Below are positions 23,410-33,845 of a DNA stretch of 64,000 bases, piece after piece. The stretch is taken from the NCBI GenBank assembly GCA_902541825.1, contig CACBRY010000001.1, forward strand, positions 31,924-95,923, read 5' to 3'. The stretch comes from an uncultured Pelagibacteraceae bacterium (GTDB lineage: Bacteria; Pseudomonadota; Alphaproteobacteria; Pelagibacterales; Pelagibacteraceae). The notes beneath the pieces are model-generated. The model had not been told where the DNA came from and ran no database searches. It saw only the letters and a list, made by a program, of their open reading frames with translations. Each line of letters starts with the position of its first letter. Position 1 is the first letter of the stretch. Both the position numbers and the translations under genes were made by a program.

Positions 23410-24298
23410 TTTTTTTCTTTGCTAAGTATATGCCAAAAAAAACCAAGATTGTTCCGATGAAATGATAATTTTCAAATTTTTCATCAAATAAAAAATAACC
23501 ATAAATTGCTCCATAGACTGTAAAAACGTAAAGAGTAAAGCCTGTTAAAGACGCACCTAATTTTTTTTGGGCAACAGTGTAAAGCGTAAAAGCAATTATT
23601 CCCGGCGAAATAGCAGCAAAGATTACCCAAAAATAAAATTCAGGTGTAAAAACTGTCTGTTTATAAAATATTTCCTCACCTATATAGAATGGTAATAAAC
23701 TTAAAGCTCCAAAAAATGATATTAAGGTAAATCTTTCAAAAATTTTTAGTTCTGAATTCCAATAAAATAAATAAATTGAATATAATGCCCATCCAATAGC
23801 GGCAGCCAACATCCATAAATCACCGATAGTAAATTGTAAATTAATTAATAAATTTAAATCTCCTTTTATAATAATTGTAAAGACTCCTATCAAACATGCA
23901 ATTAATCCAATTATTTTCGTTAAATTTATTTTTTCATGAAAAAAAAAGTATGAAATCAAAATTATGAACACAGGTGAAGATGTATAAATAATTCCCATAT
24001 TTGTTACAGTTGTAGTTTCACCTGCCAAAAATGGAAAGGCCCCGCATACTCCACATCCCATTGAGCCTAAAAAAAATAATTTTTTATATTCTTTTTTAAT
24101 AATCTTAAAATTTTTTTTTAATGTTATGTATGTGAAAGGTAATAATATCAAAAAAACTAGTGTCCATCTCCAAAAAGCTAATGATATTGGAGGTACAAAC
24201 TCGACACCACCTCTAGCTACAACAAGATTACTAGCCATAAAAATTGGCTGAATAAATAATAAGGAAAATGAAAAAAAATTTTTTTTCGAATTATTCAA
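23393..24298 (-). CDS. DMT (EamA) family transporter
   Basis: ~10 TM helices, PISLAFWRW, GDLWML. Confidence 0.88.
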   Translation of the reverse strand: MNNSKKNFFSFSLLFIQPIFMASNLVVARGGVEFVPPISLAFWRWTLVFLILLPFTYITLKKNFKIIKKEYKKLFFLGSMGCGVCGAFPFLAGETTTVTNMGIIYTSSPVFIILISYFFFHEKINLTKIIGLIACLIGVFTIIIKGDLNLLINLQFTIGDLWMLAAAIGWALYSIYLFYWNSELKIFERFTLISFFGALSLLPFYIGEEIFYKQTVFTPEFYFWVIFAAISPGIIAFTLYTVAQKKLGASLTGFTLYVFTVYGAIYGYFLFDEKFENYHFIGTILVFFGIYLAKKKNVKKV

Positions 24299-24309
24299 TT
24301 TACGACAAA

Positions 24310-24486
24310 TTAACTTTTATCAAAGAAGGCTTCGTAAATCATCATTATGATGGCAGCACCCATCAACAAATAAACTGGAATTACATCTAAAAAACCGATC
24401 ATCATTGATCTAGTAAGAGTAGTCGCTAGACCAATTAAAAAGAAAACAGCAAATGACAAACCTATTATTGTTGTTATTTTATTCAT
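24310..24486 (-). CDS. Small two-TM membrane protein (58 aa)
   Basis: MNKITTIIGLSFAVFF...; ATG 4 nt after the amidase stop. Confidence 0.7.
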   Translation of the reverse strand: MNKITTIIGLSFAVFFLIGLATTLTRSMMIGFLDVIPVYLLMGAAIIMMIYEAFFDKS

Positions 24487-24490
24487 ACAG

Positions 24491-25819
24491 TTAATCCTGA
24501 CACTCCTTTTCAAGCCAATTGGCAACACCTAAAAATCTATGATCATCATATTTGTTGCCAATTAATTGAACTCCTAATGGTAGATTATTTTCACCCTCAA
24601 GTAAAGGCAGTGATATGCAAGGGGTACCTAGATAAGACCAGACTTTGTTAAATTCTGCTGTTCCAGTACTCTTTAATCCTTTAGGTGCAACACCTGGACT
24701 AGATGGCGATAATACTCCGTGATAGTCTTCAAATACTTCTTCATAAGACTCATAACTTCTTTTCATAAAATCAATTGCCTCGGCGTATTCTTTTGCGGTG
24801 TACTTATTTCCATTTGAAATAGCATCCTGCATATACTTTGAAAGTTTCTTTTTAAATTTTTGATAATAAATAGAAAAATTATTTGCTAAGTCTGTTTCAT
24901 GAATAATTTGGTGATATTTGTGTATATCCTTAAAATATGAGGGAGTATCAAATATCTCAATATTTTTTTTAAAGGATTTAATAAAATACTCAAAAGACTC
25001 TCGTGATTTTTTATCAATTATTTTCCAATGATCAGTTTTATAAAAGATAAACTTAGGCTCAAAAATTGGACCTTTCTTAGTTTCAGTTAAAATATTTTCT
25101 GTAGAGTAATGAATAGTAGCTGGATCATATTTATCTTTCTTTATCAATACCTTTGCTAACATAGCTACATCTTCAACTTTACGACCAAACATTCCAATTT
25201 GATCTAAGCTGTATGAAGTTCTTAGAACTCCGTTTCTTGAAATAAGTCCATAGCTAGGTTTATAACCAACTACACCACAATAAGATGCTGGTCTTATTAC
25301 AGATCCTCCTGTTTGAGAGCCGATAGAAGCTGGTGCCATAAAGGAAGCAACCGTAGCTGCTGATCCACTAGATGAACCCCCCGGTGTTCTATTTTTATCG
25401 TGAGGATTAGTTGTTGCTGGAGGTCCTAAGTAGGCAAGTTCTGAGGTTGCTGTTTTGCCCATAACAATTGCTCCTGATGCATGAAGCAAATCAATTATTT
25501 CAGCATTTTGAGAATATGATTTTCCTTTCCTGATTACAGTTCCACACTCAGTAGGCATATCAACTGTTCCAATAATATCTTTAACTGCTATCGGCACACC
25601 ATGCAGTGGTCCTACTGGTTTTCCTGATCTTCTATGATCATCAGCCTCATTTGCTTTTTCTAATAAAACTTTTTTATCAAAATGTGCCCAGGCTTTTACA
25701 TCTTTTTCAAACTTATCTATTCTTTCAATATATTTTTCACAAACTTCGACTGATGTAAGTTGGGCATCTTTTATTTTTTTTGCTAGTTCTTCGAGACTTA
25801 AAGAAAATATGTCTGTCAT
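24491..25819 (-). CDS. Amidase-signature family enzyme
   Basis: GVPIAVKD, GGSSSGSA, GSQTGGSVIRPASYCG (Ser-cisSer-Lys triad). Confidence 0.9.
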   Translation of the reverse strand: MTDIFSLSLEELAKKIKDAQLTSVEVCEKYIERIDKFEKDVKAWAHFDKKVLLEKANEADDHRRSGKPVGPLHGVPIAVKDIIGTVDMPTECGTVIRKGKSYSQNAEIIDLLHASGAIVMGKTATSELAYLGPPATTNPHDKNRTPGGSSSGSAATVASFMAPASIGSQTGGSVIRPASYCGVVGYKPSYGLISRNGVLRTSYSLDQIGMFGRKVEDVAMLAKVLIKKDKYDPATIHYSTENILTETKKGPIFEPKFIFYKTDHWKIIDKKSRESFEYFIKSFKKNIEIFDTPSYFKDIHKYHQIIHETDLANNFSIYYQKFKKKLSKYMQDAISNGNKYTAKEYAEAIDFMKRSYESYEEVFEDYHGVLSPSSPGVAPKGLKSTGTAEFNKVWSYLGTPCISLPLLEGENNLPLGVQLIGNKYDDHRFLGVANWLEKECQD

Positions 25820-25825
25820 TTAAAA

Positions 25826-27187
25826 TTAATTTGCAAATAATGTCTCTGGTAACCAAAGTGCTATTCCTGGGAATAAATACATTAGAACCATCGCTAAAAT
25901 TACAATTCCTAAGAAAGGCATTATTCCCCCAAAAATTTGCATAAGTTCAACATTCTTTGATTGAACTCCTTTCAAATAATATGCTGACATTGCCATGGGG
26001 GGTGTCAAAAATGAGGTTTGTAAGTTTAAAGCGATTAGCATTGCAAAAAAATATGGGTTAACACCAAAAAATTCAACTAAAGGTAAAAATATCGGCACAA
26101 ATATAATTAATATCTCTGTCCATTCTAGAGGCCAGCCCAATAAAAATATAATTAATTGGGTAATAACTAAAAACTGCCAAGGTTGTAAATTTAAAGATTT
26201 AAAAAAATGCTCAAAAACTTCATGGCCACCTAAATATGAAAATACTGAAGCAAAAGTCCAAGATCCAATAAATAACCACATGATCATAGCTGTTGTTTTT
26301 GCTGTAAGAAAAACTGACTCTTTAAAATTTTTCCATTTAAGTGTTTTATAAAAATATGAGAGCACTAATGAACCAAATGCACCAACAGCGGCTGCCTCTG
26401 CCGGAGTTGCTATACCTGCAAGTATTGTTCCTAAGACTAGGATTATTAAAGAAAATAATGGTAAGAAAGAAACCAAAACCTCTTTCATAATTACCGCAGT
26501 AGGAGGTATCTCCTCTGCTGCAGGTTTTGGAGCTATCGAAGGATTCATCCAAGCCCTAAATATTGCGTAACCAATATAAAGTCCGGCTAACATTAATCCT
26601 GGGAAAATTGCAGCTGCAAATAATCGTAAAGGCGACAATTGAGCAATAACAGAATAGACAATCAACATGATGCTAGGTGGAATTAAAATTCCTAAGCAAC
26701 CACCTGAACAAATAATTCCAGATGCAAATTTTTTATCATAACCAGCTTTAATCATTGCTGGCCAAGCAAGAAGGCCCATTAACGTCACTACTGCTCCTAT
26801 GATACCTGTTGCAGTTGAAAATAGTGCACAAGTAATTAATGCAGCAACTGCCATTGAAGCTGGAAGTTTGTGAGATGCTAATCTTATTGCAAAAAATAAT
26901 TTTGCAACAATTCCAGCTCTTTCAACTAAATATCCCATAAATAAAAAGAGGGGGACTGCAGTCAATACATTGTTATCCATTACAGTATAAGTATTTTGAA
27001 CAAAGAGTTGAAATATCCTGTTATCAAATAGATGTTCCATCTTGGTTGGATCAAAATAAGCGTAGTATCCAAAACCTAAACCCATTGCCATTAGAGTGAA
27101 CGCAATAGGAAAACCTAGTAAGACAGCAAATAGAAATATTCCCATCATCATAATTGCTACTTCAGGATTTGTTAAACTAAATAACAT
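25826..27187 (-). CDS. TRAP transporter large permease (DctM)
   Basis: AVPLFLFMG, GILIPPSIML, SFLTPP. Confidence 0.93.
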   Translation of the reverse strand: MLFSLTNPEVAIMMMGIFLFAVLLGFPIAFTLMAMGLGFGYYAYFDPTKMEHLFDNRIFQLFVQNTYTVMDNNVLTAVPLFLFMGYLVERAGIVAKLFFAIRLASHKLPASMAVAALITCALFSTATGIIGAVVTLMGLLAWPAMIKAGYDKKFASGIICSGGCLGILIPPSIMLIVYSVIAQLSPLRLFAAAIFPGLMLAGLYIGYAIFRAWMNPSIAPKPAAEEIPPTAVIMKEVLVSFLPLFSLIILVLGTILAGIATPAEAAAVGAFGSLVLSYFYKTLKWKNFKESVFLTAKTTAMIMWLFIGSWTFASVFSYLGGHEVFEHFFKSLNLQPWQFLVITQLIIFLLGWPLEWTEILIIFVPIFLPLVEFFGVNPYFFAMLIALNLQTSFLTPPMAMSAYYLKGVQSKNVELMQIFGGIMPFLGIVILAMVLMYLFPGIALWLPETLFAN

Positions 27188-27770
27188 CTTCTTTGTTTCC
27201 TTGTTGTGAAGTTCTCATTAATACTTTTTCAGTTTCCTCAGCATCACGCTCTGTTCCTCTTTCAGGCCAACTACCTGTTTTAATACAGATGATACATCTA
27301 AATACCTCACCAATTCCTTGGAGTGTTAAAAGTGTTCCAGATAATGGTATTAAAGATTTTGCCATATAAATTTGAATTTGTGCAGGACTATTCCAACTTG
27401 TTTCTTTAATTTTCCATGCCAATGCTGCATATTCATAACCATAAAAAGCTAAAGCAATAACGCCAGGAAAGAAGAAAATAAAATATAAAACAACATCTAT
27501 CCAAGCTTGTGTTCTCTGAGAAAATAATCTGTATATAACATCTCCTCTAACATGTGCTTCAGTGCATAAAGTATAAGCTCCTGCCATCATAAAAATTGCA
27601 CCATACATCTGAAGACTAAAATCAAAATTCCATAAAGTTGGGGCATTCAAAGCATACGCCATAAAAACTTCATAGCATGTTCCGCCCATCAAAATTACTA
27701 TACACCACGAGAATGCTTTACCCATTGAGACACTCAAACGATCAGCGAATTTTATGTAAGATCTCATCAT
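27177..27770 (-). CDS. TRAP transporter small permease (DctQ)
   Basis: 4 TM helices, AHVRGD motif, located between DctP and DctM. Confidence 0.9.
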   Translation of the reverse strand: MMRSYIKFADRLSVSMGKAFSWCIVILMGGTCYEVFMAYALNAPTLWNFDFSLQMYGAIFMMAGAYTLCTEAHVRGDVIYRLFSQRTQAWIDVVLYFIFFFPGVIALAFYGYEYAALAWKIKETSWNSPAQIQIYMAKSLIPLSGTLLTLQGIGEVFRCIICIKTGSWPERGTERDAEETEKVLMRTSQQGNKEDVI

Positions 27771-27810
27771 AGATATAGACTCTTATTGAATTGTTCTAAA
27801 TTAATCAAAT

Positions 27811-27834
27811 AAAAAAGGGGGCCGAAGCCCCCTC
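27811..27834 (-). terminator. Intrinsic terminator/stabilising hairpin after TRAP solute-binding gene
   Basis: Minus strand GGGGGC-UUCG-GCCCCC followed by UUUUUU. Confidence 0.85.
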
Positions 27835-27855
27835 ATTAAAATTTATAAAAGTTAA

Positions 27856-29013
27856 TTATATCTTAACTTTTGCAATTGGACCAAACTCATTTTCATATGC
27901 AAGTTTGTAATTAGGCTGATTCATCAGCAAGTACTTCATTACTCTCTTCGCATAAGATTTTTGAGAATCAACAACTTTCTTAAAGAAAGGATCTTTCTTA
28001 TTAAAGTCACCAATTACTTTGTCCCAACCTTTTAATTGTTGAGCCAAAATCTCATCTGAAGTTTGGTAAACATTTACTTTATGCTCATTCATCAACTTAG
28101 CTAAGTCAGCTGAGTATCTTACTAAAGCTTTAAAGTAGTTATCACTGTTTGCAGCATAAGCAGCATTTTTCAATATCGCTTGGTGCGCAGGTGATAAACT
28201 ATTATATGTTTTTTTGTTAACTGGAATCTCAAACATCTCTTGAGATTGGTGGAAACTTCCTAAGTGATAGTGCTTAGAAACGTCTTGCATACCAAATTGA
28301 GAGTCTGAAGTTGGGTTGTTAAACTCAGCAGCTTCAATCAAACCAGTTTTCATAGCTGGCTGAATTTCACCACCTGGTAATTGTCTAACTACCATTCCCA
28401 TTGCAGTCAAAACGTTAGTCGCTAGACCAACTGTTCTGTACTTCATACCTTTAACATCAGATACTTTTGTTACGTTCTTTTTGAACCAACCAAAAGGCTG
28501 TGCTGGCATAGGCATATGGAAAAAACCAATGTAATCGAAACCTACTTTTGCAAGAGTTTCGTCATACAGTTTTCTTCCTCCACCATACTCCATCCATCCC
28601 ATAACTTCTTGAGATGACATACCGTATGAAGGACCAGTTCCAAATAGTGATGCAGCTGGATTTTTACCATACCAATATGCAGTCACCCAGTGACCCATAT
28701 CTACTACACCTGAACTTACTGCTTGTCCGATTTCTGAAGTCTTTACGACTGCTCCAACTGGTTGAAGATCAATCTTAAGTGTACCTCCAGACATCTCATC
28801 TACCATTTTGCAGTAGTCACCGGCCATTTCAAAAAAGATGTTTGCTCCACTTGGCCATGCAGCTTGCATCTTTAAAGTTTTATGACCGCCAGCAGTTGCT
28901 ATGTTTGGCATTGCAACCGCAGCTGCAGCTACAGCACCAGCTTTAGCAGCAGTTTTAAAGAACTTACGTCTTGAAGATGTTTTCACCTTCAATGATTTAT
29001 TTTCTTTTGTCAT
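27856..29013 (-). CDS. TRAP solute-binding protein (TakP-like, 2-oxo/2-hydroxy monocarboxylate), Tat signal
   Basis: SRRKFF twin-arginine signal, GWFKK, MKYRTVG, EAAEF; SD AGGAG. Confidence 0.88.
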   Translation of the reverse strand: MTKENKSLKVKTSSRRKFFKTAAKAGAVAAAAVAMPNIATAGGHKTLKMQAAWPSGANIFFEMAGDYCKMVDEMSGGTLKIDLQPVGAVVKTSEIGQAVSSGVVDMGHWVTAYWYGKNPAASLFGTGPSYGMSSQEVMGWMEYGGGRKLYDETLAKVGFDYIGFFHMPMPAQPFGWFKKNVTKVSDVKGMKYRTVGLATNVLTAMGMVVRQLPGGEIQPAMKTGLIEAAEFNNPTSDSQFGMQDVSKHYHLGSFHQSQEMFEIPVNKKTYNSLSPAHQAILKNAAYAANSDNYFKALVRYSADLAKLMNEHKVNVYQTSDEILAQQLKGWDKVIGDFNKKDPFFKKVVDSQKSYAKRVMKYLLMNQPNYKLAYENEFGPIAKVKI

Positions 29014-29131
29014 TATTACTCCTATTAAAGTTAATTAACTCGATCAATTTAAGCACAGATTCAATTTAGAGTCTTTCCAAAAAATGGGGTATATGTCGCA
29101 GAATTTAAATTAATTTCAATCTGAAGTAGAA

Positions 29132-30085
29132 TTAATTTACTTTATTTGTGCAATTTCCTGTCTTGAAGAATTCATCAATATTATCTATCGCAAGGTTTGC
29201 CATCGCAATTCTAGTATCTTTAGTTGCGCTGCCTAAGTGGGGTAAAATAAAGGCTGACTTAATCTTTAAGTATCCTGGATTTAAATTTGGCTCATTCTTA
29301 TAAACATCAAGTCCCGCAGCATAAATTTTTCTTCTATTAAGTGCATCTATCAATGCATCATCATCAACTATATCACCTCTTGCAACATTAGTGATTACTG
29401 CACCTTTAGGGAAATACTCAACTGTCTCTTTGTTTATCATATTTTCAGTCTCTTTTGTTGCTGGACAACAAATAGATAAAACATCTGATACTGAAAAAAG
29501 ACTTTTCAAATTATCATGATAAATGGCACCTTGCTCTTTTTCCTCGCTCAGTTTTGACCGGTTATGATAGTGAATAATCATTCCTAATGATTTTGCAATC
29601 CTTGCAATTTTCTGTCCAATTCTGCCCATTCCTAAAACTCCAAGCCTTGTTCCGGTTAATTGTTTACCAATTAGATAATCTGCAGACCATTTCCATCCAC
29701 CCTCTCTGGCAGAATCAATTCCTTCTGCAGCTCTTCTACAAGCTCCTAATATTAAAAGAATACCGATCTCAGCTGTTGCGTCTGATAAAACATCAGGTGT
29801 ATTAGTAACTGCAATTCCTCTTTTTTTTGCTGCCTCCAAATCTATATTTCCGAAACCAACTGCAAAATTTGAAATAATTTTTATTGTATCTGGTAACTTA
29901 TCAATAGTCTCTTTATCCATCTTATCGGTTAAAGAGGATAGTATACCGTCACAACCTTGACTCATCTCTATGACTTTTGATTGTGAGTATAACTCATCAT
30001 TAGAATTAAATATTGGGTCAAATGTTTTTGATGCTTTATCTTCACTTTCTTTGATTAATTTTCTTGTAATCAAAATTTTTTTCAT
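29132..30085 (-). CDS. D-2-hydroxyacid dehydrogenase (glyoxylate/hydroxypyruvate reductase-like)
   Basis: VTNTPDVLSDATAE, GMGRIG, NVARG, PHLGSAT. Confidence 0.9.
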   Translation of the reverse strand: MKKILITRKLIKESEDKASKTFDPIFNSNDELYSQSKVIEMSQGCDGILSSLTDKMDKETIDKLPDTIKIISNFAVGFGNIDLEAAKKRGIAVTNTPDVLSDATAEIGILLILGACRRAAEGIDSAREGGWKWSADYLIGKQLTGTRLGVLGMGRIGQKIARIAKSLGMIIHYHNRSKLSEEKEQGAIYHDNLKSLFSVSDVLSICCPATKETENMINKETVEYFPKGAVITNVARGDIVDDDALIDALNRRKIYAAGLDVYKNEPNLNPGYLKIKSAFILPHLGSATKDTRIAMANLAIDNIDEFFKTGNCTNKVN

Positions 30086-30097
30086 AAAATATTTTTG

Positions 30098-31471
30098 TTA
30101 ATTAAGATCAAATATCTTGCCTGGATTCATTATATTGTTTTGATCAATGCTTCTTTTGATTAATTTCATAACAGGAATGTTGTCTCCATGCTCCTTCAAA
30201 AGATATTCTTTTTTATGAAGACCCACACCATGTTCTCCTGTAATTGTTCCTTTTAAATCTAAGGCCTTTTTTATTAATAAGTCATTGAATTCTCGTATTT
30301 TTTTATACATTTCTTTTTTTTCAGGATCAAAAGGTAATAATACATGAAAATTTCCATCTCCAAGGTGGCCCACCATTGGAGCTCTAAGTCCAAACTTTTT
30401 AGCTTGTTCCTCTGCATAATTTACACATTCTGTTATATTTGAGATAGGTAAACACACATCTGTTGAATAAACTCTTCCATTATTTATCAAAGCTTTTACA
30501 GAATAGTAAACATCCCATCTTGCTTGCCAGAGTTTATTTCTTTCCTCTAAATCTTTTGCCCATTTAAAAGAGCTTCCATTATTATCTTTAGATATTTCCT
30601 CTACTATTTTGATATTTTCGTTATTAGATAATTCGGATCCATGAAATTCAAAAAATAATGTCGGCGTTTCTTCAATATCTTTTAATTTTGAATAATTAAT
30701 ACTTATTCCCATTTGATCTTTATTTAACATTTCAATTCTTGCGATTGGGACTCCATATTGGATTACTTGTTGCGCAGTTTGAACTGCTTTTTCTAAAGTT
30801 GGGAAGTGACAGACAGCTGACATTATACTTTCTGGTATAGGAGAAAGTCTTAATTGAACTTCCGTTATAACTCCTAAAGTTCCTTCAGAACCAATAAACA
30901 AATTAGTTAGATTATAACCCGCTGAGGTTTTTTTCGTTCTTCCTCCTGTGTTAATAATATCTCCATTAGGCAAAACAACAGTTAGACCCGTAATTACAGT
31001 TTTCATAGTGCCGTATTTAACCGCCATTGTTCCTGAAGCCGATGTGGAAGCCATACCTCCGATCGCTGCATTAGCACCTGGATCAATTGGAAAAAAGACA
31101 CCATCCTCTCTAAGATATTCGTTTAATTGTTCTTTTGTAACACAGGCTTGCACTCTGCAATCGAAGTCCTCAGCATTAACACTTAAAATTTTATTCATTT
31201 TTTCAAGGCTTATGGTTATCCCTTTTTCATTACCAACCACATTACCCTCTAAAGAGGTACCTGTACCAAATGGTACTACAGGAATTTTATGCTCATTACA
31301 TAGTCTTAATATTTGTGAAACCTCCTGATTAGTTTCTGGAAATACTACAGCTTTTGATAAAATTGGATCATAAGTGTCTTCACCTCTGGCATAATTTGTT
31401 CTCGTGGATACAGAAGTTGAAAATCTTCCATTAAAAATTTTTTTTAGCTCAGCTTGTACTTGATCGTTCAT
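30098..31471 (-). CDS. FAD-linked oxidase (D-lactate dehydrogenase/GlcD family)
   Basis: PFGTGTSLEG, GSEGTLG, GHLGDGNFH, GEHGVG, NPGK. Confidence 0.9.
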   Translation of the reverse strand: MNDQVQAELKKIFNGRFSTSVSTRTNYARGEDTYDPILSKAVVFPETNQEVSQILRLCNEHKIPVVPFGTGTSLEGNVVGNEKGITISLEKMNKILSVNAEDFDCRVQACVTKEQLNEYLREDGVFFPIDPGANAAIGGMASTSASGTMAVKYGTMKTVITGLTVVLPNGDIINTGGRTKKTSAGYNLTNLFIGSEGTLGVITEVQLRLSPIPESIMSAVCHFPTLEKAVQTAQQVIQYGVPIARIEMLNKDQMGISINYSKLKDIEETPTLFFEFHGSELSNNENIKIVEEISKDNNGSSFKWAKDLEERNKLWQARWDVYYSVKALINNGRVYSTDVCLPISNITECVNYAEEQAKKFGLRAPMVGHLGDGNFHVLLPFDPEKKEMYKKIREFNDLLIKKALDLKGTITGEHGVGLHKKEYLLKEHGDNIPVMKLIKRSIDQNNIMNPGKIFDLN

Positions 31472-31510
31472 AAGAAGTGATATTAATAAATAATGCTAAA
31501 AAAATATACC

Positions 31511-32677
31511 TTATTTAGATAGCATTTTCTTTATATTTTCCAATGCTTGTGAAATATTATCTCTTGATGCAGCAAAACTAAATCTAACATAATTTTGGCA
31601 TGTTTCACCAAAAGCTGATCCAGGAACTATTGCTACTCCTGCTTCATGCATAGCCTTTCTTGCAAACTCTGCACCATTCATACCTGTACCGATCACTTTA
31701 GGAAATGCATAAAAAGCTCCTCCAGGTAAACTACATTCTACACCTGGTAAATCATTTAAACCTTTATAAATTAGGTCTCTTCTTTGAGTAAATTTTTCCA
31801 TCATTGCATCAATTGAATCGTCTGGTCCATCTAGAGCAGCAATACCAGCAAATTGAGCTGCAGCATTAACACATGAAACACTATTAATTAATAATTTATT
31901 AACATGTTCAACTAAATGCTCTGGCCAAAAACTCCAACCAAGTCTCCACCCAGTCATCGAGTAAGCTTTGCTCCATCCCTCTAATACAATTAATCTTTCT
32001 CTCAACTCAGGATAATTAAAAAATGTTGGCATTTCTTTTCCATCAAAAATTTGTCTGCTATAAATTTCATCGCTTAATATTGTTACATGAGGGTGCTTTT
32101 TCAGACCATCAGCTAAAACATCTACGTCTTTTTTCTCAACAAAGCTTCCAGTTGGATTATTGGGATTTATCAAAATTAACAAACGAGTTTTATCTGTTAT
32201 CATAGATAATATTTTGTCTGGATCGAATTTCAAATCTTTATTTTCTGTTAAGTCATATGGGACTGAAGTTGAGCCTGTATAGTTAATCATTGACTCATAA
32301 ATTGGAAAAGCAGGTGTTGGGTGAATAATCTCTGCTCCAGGTTCACCAAAACATTGAATAGCATAACTCATTGTTGGCTTACCACCTGGCATGATTAAAA
32401 TTCTTTCAAAATTGATGTCAACATTGTAACGTTTTTTTATCCACCTCGTAACAGCTTGTCGACATTCAGGAATTCCATTCGACATTACATATCCATGATG
32501 TCCATCATCAAGTGCTTTCTTAGCCGCTTCAACAACATGTTTTGGAGTTTTAAAGTCTGGCTGCCCCAATCCTAAATGGATCATTGGTTTACCTTGAGAT
32601 TCTAATTTTTTCGCTTCTGCAAGGACTGTAAATGCAGACTCTGTTCCTAATCTTTCTAAACTTTTAGCTAGTTTCAT
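31511..32677 (-). CDS. PLP-dependent class I/II aminotransferase
   Basis: GQPDF, NPNNPTG, SDEIY, SKAYSMTGWRLG. Confidence 0.92.
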   Translation of the reverse strand: MKLAKSLERLGTESAFTVLAEAKKLESQGKPMIHLGLGQPDFKTPKHVVEAAKKALDDGHHGYVMSNGIPECRQAVTRWIKKRYNVDINFERILIMPGGKPTMSYAIQCFGEPGAEIIHPTPAFPIYESMINYTGSTSVPYDLTENKDLKFDPDKILSMITDKTRLLILINPNNPTGSFVEKKDVDVLADGLKKHPHVTILSDEIYSRQIFDGKEMPTFFNYPELRERLIVLEGWSKAYSMTGWRLGWSFWPEHLVEHVNKLLINSVSCVNAAAQFAGIAALDGPDDSIDAMMEKFTQRRDLIYKGLNDLPGVECSLPGGAFYAFPKVIGTGMNGAEFARKAMHEAGVAIVPGSAFGETCQNYVRFSFAASRDNISQALENIKKMLSK

Positions 32678-32693
32678 AATTTTTATTTTAAGC

Positions 32694-33845
32694 CTAATTT
32701 CTATAAATTAATTTTGAACTATTCAACTCTTTTAAATTTTTACAACCCATTAATACCATATTTCTATTTATCTCATCGTGCATGTTTTTCAATAAATGCT
32801 CAACACCTTGCTGTCCACCTGCGGCTAAAGAGAACAAGAATATTTTTCCAAAACTACAGGCTTTTGCCCCAGCTGCTAAGGCTTTTAAGACGTGTGTCCC
32901 TCTCCTTACTCCACCGTCTAAGATTATTTCCAGCTTATCTCCAACTGCATCTGAAATTGCTTTAATTTGATCAAAGGGTGATCGAGATCCGTCCAGCTGA
33001 CGACCTCCATGATTTGAAATCATAATTGCAGTGCAACCAATATCAATTGCTCTTTTTGCGTCATCAACACTCATGACTCCTTTTAATGCAAAAGGACCAT
33101 TCCATTTTTTAACGCAGTACTCTGCATCTTTCCAATTCATTGAAGGATCATATTGCTCATTAATATATTCTATAACAGATTTAGCGATGTTAGTCCCTTT
33201 ATCAGTCTTTGATGCCACATTAGCTAGTTTAAATTTTCCATGTGTTAAATAATTAAAAACCCAACTAGGATGTGATGCAAAACTCATTAAACTTTGTAAA
33301 GTCAATTTAGGTGGTGTTGTAAATCCGGTTCTATGATCTCTTTCTCTATTTCCTGCAACTAATGTATCAACAGTTAAACACATTCCATTAAATCCTGATC
33401 TTTTACATCTATCTATTAAATCATCTGTTATTGATTGATCCTTGTGCACATACAATTGGAACAATTTTGGCCCACCAGAAATATTTGAAATCTCTTCTAT
33501 AGTATTGTTTGCCATTGTTGACATACTATAAAAAGTTCCAAATTTTTCAGCTGCTCTAGCTGAAGCTTTGTCTCCGTCATGGTGGTATAATCTTTGCATT
33601 GCACAAGGAGATAAAAAAATTGGCATATCAATTTTTTTGCCGAATATGGTGGTTGATAAATCTGGCTTACCAACACTTGCCAGGATATTTGGAACTAAAT
33701 CACATTGGTTAAAAGCTTCAGTGTTTCTTTTTAAGGTCGTCTCATCATCGGCACCACCGTCAATATAATGAAAAATCGGTGAGGGAAGTTTTTTTTTTGC
33801 TAGATTTCTAAAATCATTAAAATTATAGCAATCTTTTAAAACCAC
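32694..33845 (-). CDS. FMN-dependent alpha-hydroxy-acid oxidase/dehydrogenase, paralog 2
   Basis: FHYIDGG, GNRERD, SNHGGRQLD, DGGVRRG; GTG start overlaps the upstream TAG. Confidence 0.92.
   Translation of the reverse strand: MVLKDCYNFNDFRNLAKKKLPSPIFHYIDGGADDETTLKRNTEAFNQCDLVPNILASVGKPDLSTTIFGKKIDMPIFLSPCAMQRLYHHDGDKASARAAEKFGTFYSMSTMANNTIEEISNISGGPKLFQLYVHKDQSITDDLIDRCKRSGFNGMCLTVDTLVAGNRERDHRTGFTTPPKLTLQSLMSFASHPSWVFNYLTHGKFKLANVASKTDKGTNIAKSVIEYINEQYDPSMNWKDAEYCVKKWNGPFALKGVMSVDDAKRAIDIGCTAIMISNHGGRQLDGSRSPFDQIKAISDAVGDKLEIILDGGVRRGTHVLKALAAGAKACSFGKIFLFSLAAGGQQGVEHLLKNMHDEINRNMVLMGCKNLKELNSSKLIYRN

Noticed and set aside
24491-25819. Amidase as gatA
   Set aside because: No gatB/gatC neighbours, SQT instead of SDT, and lacks the GatA RYDG and RILxG motifs
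29014-29131. Imperfect inverted repeat and TGCGACA box upstream of the TRAP operon as riboswitch or operator
   Set aside because: AT-rich, weak pairing and no recognisable aptamer; not supportable
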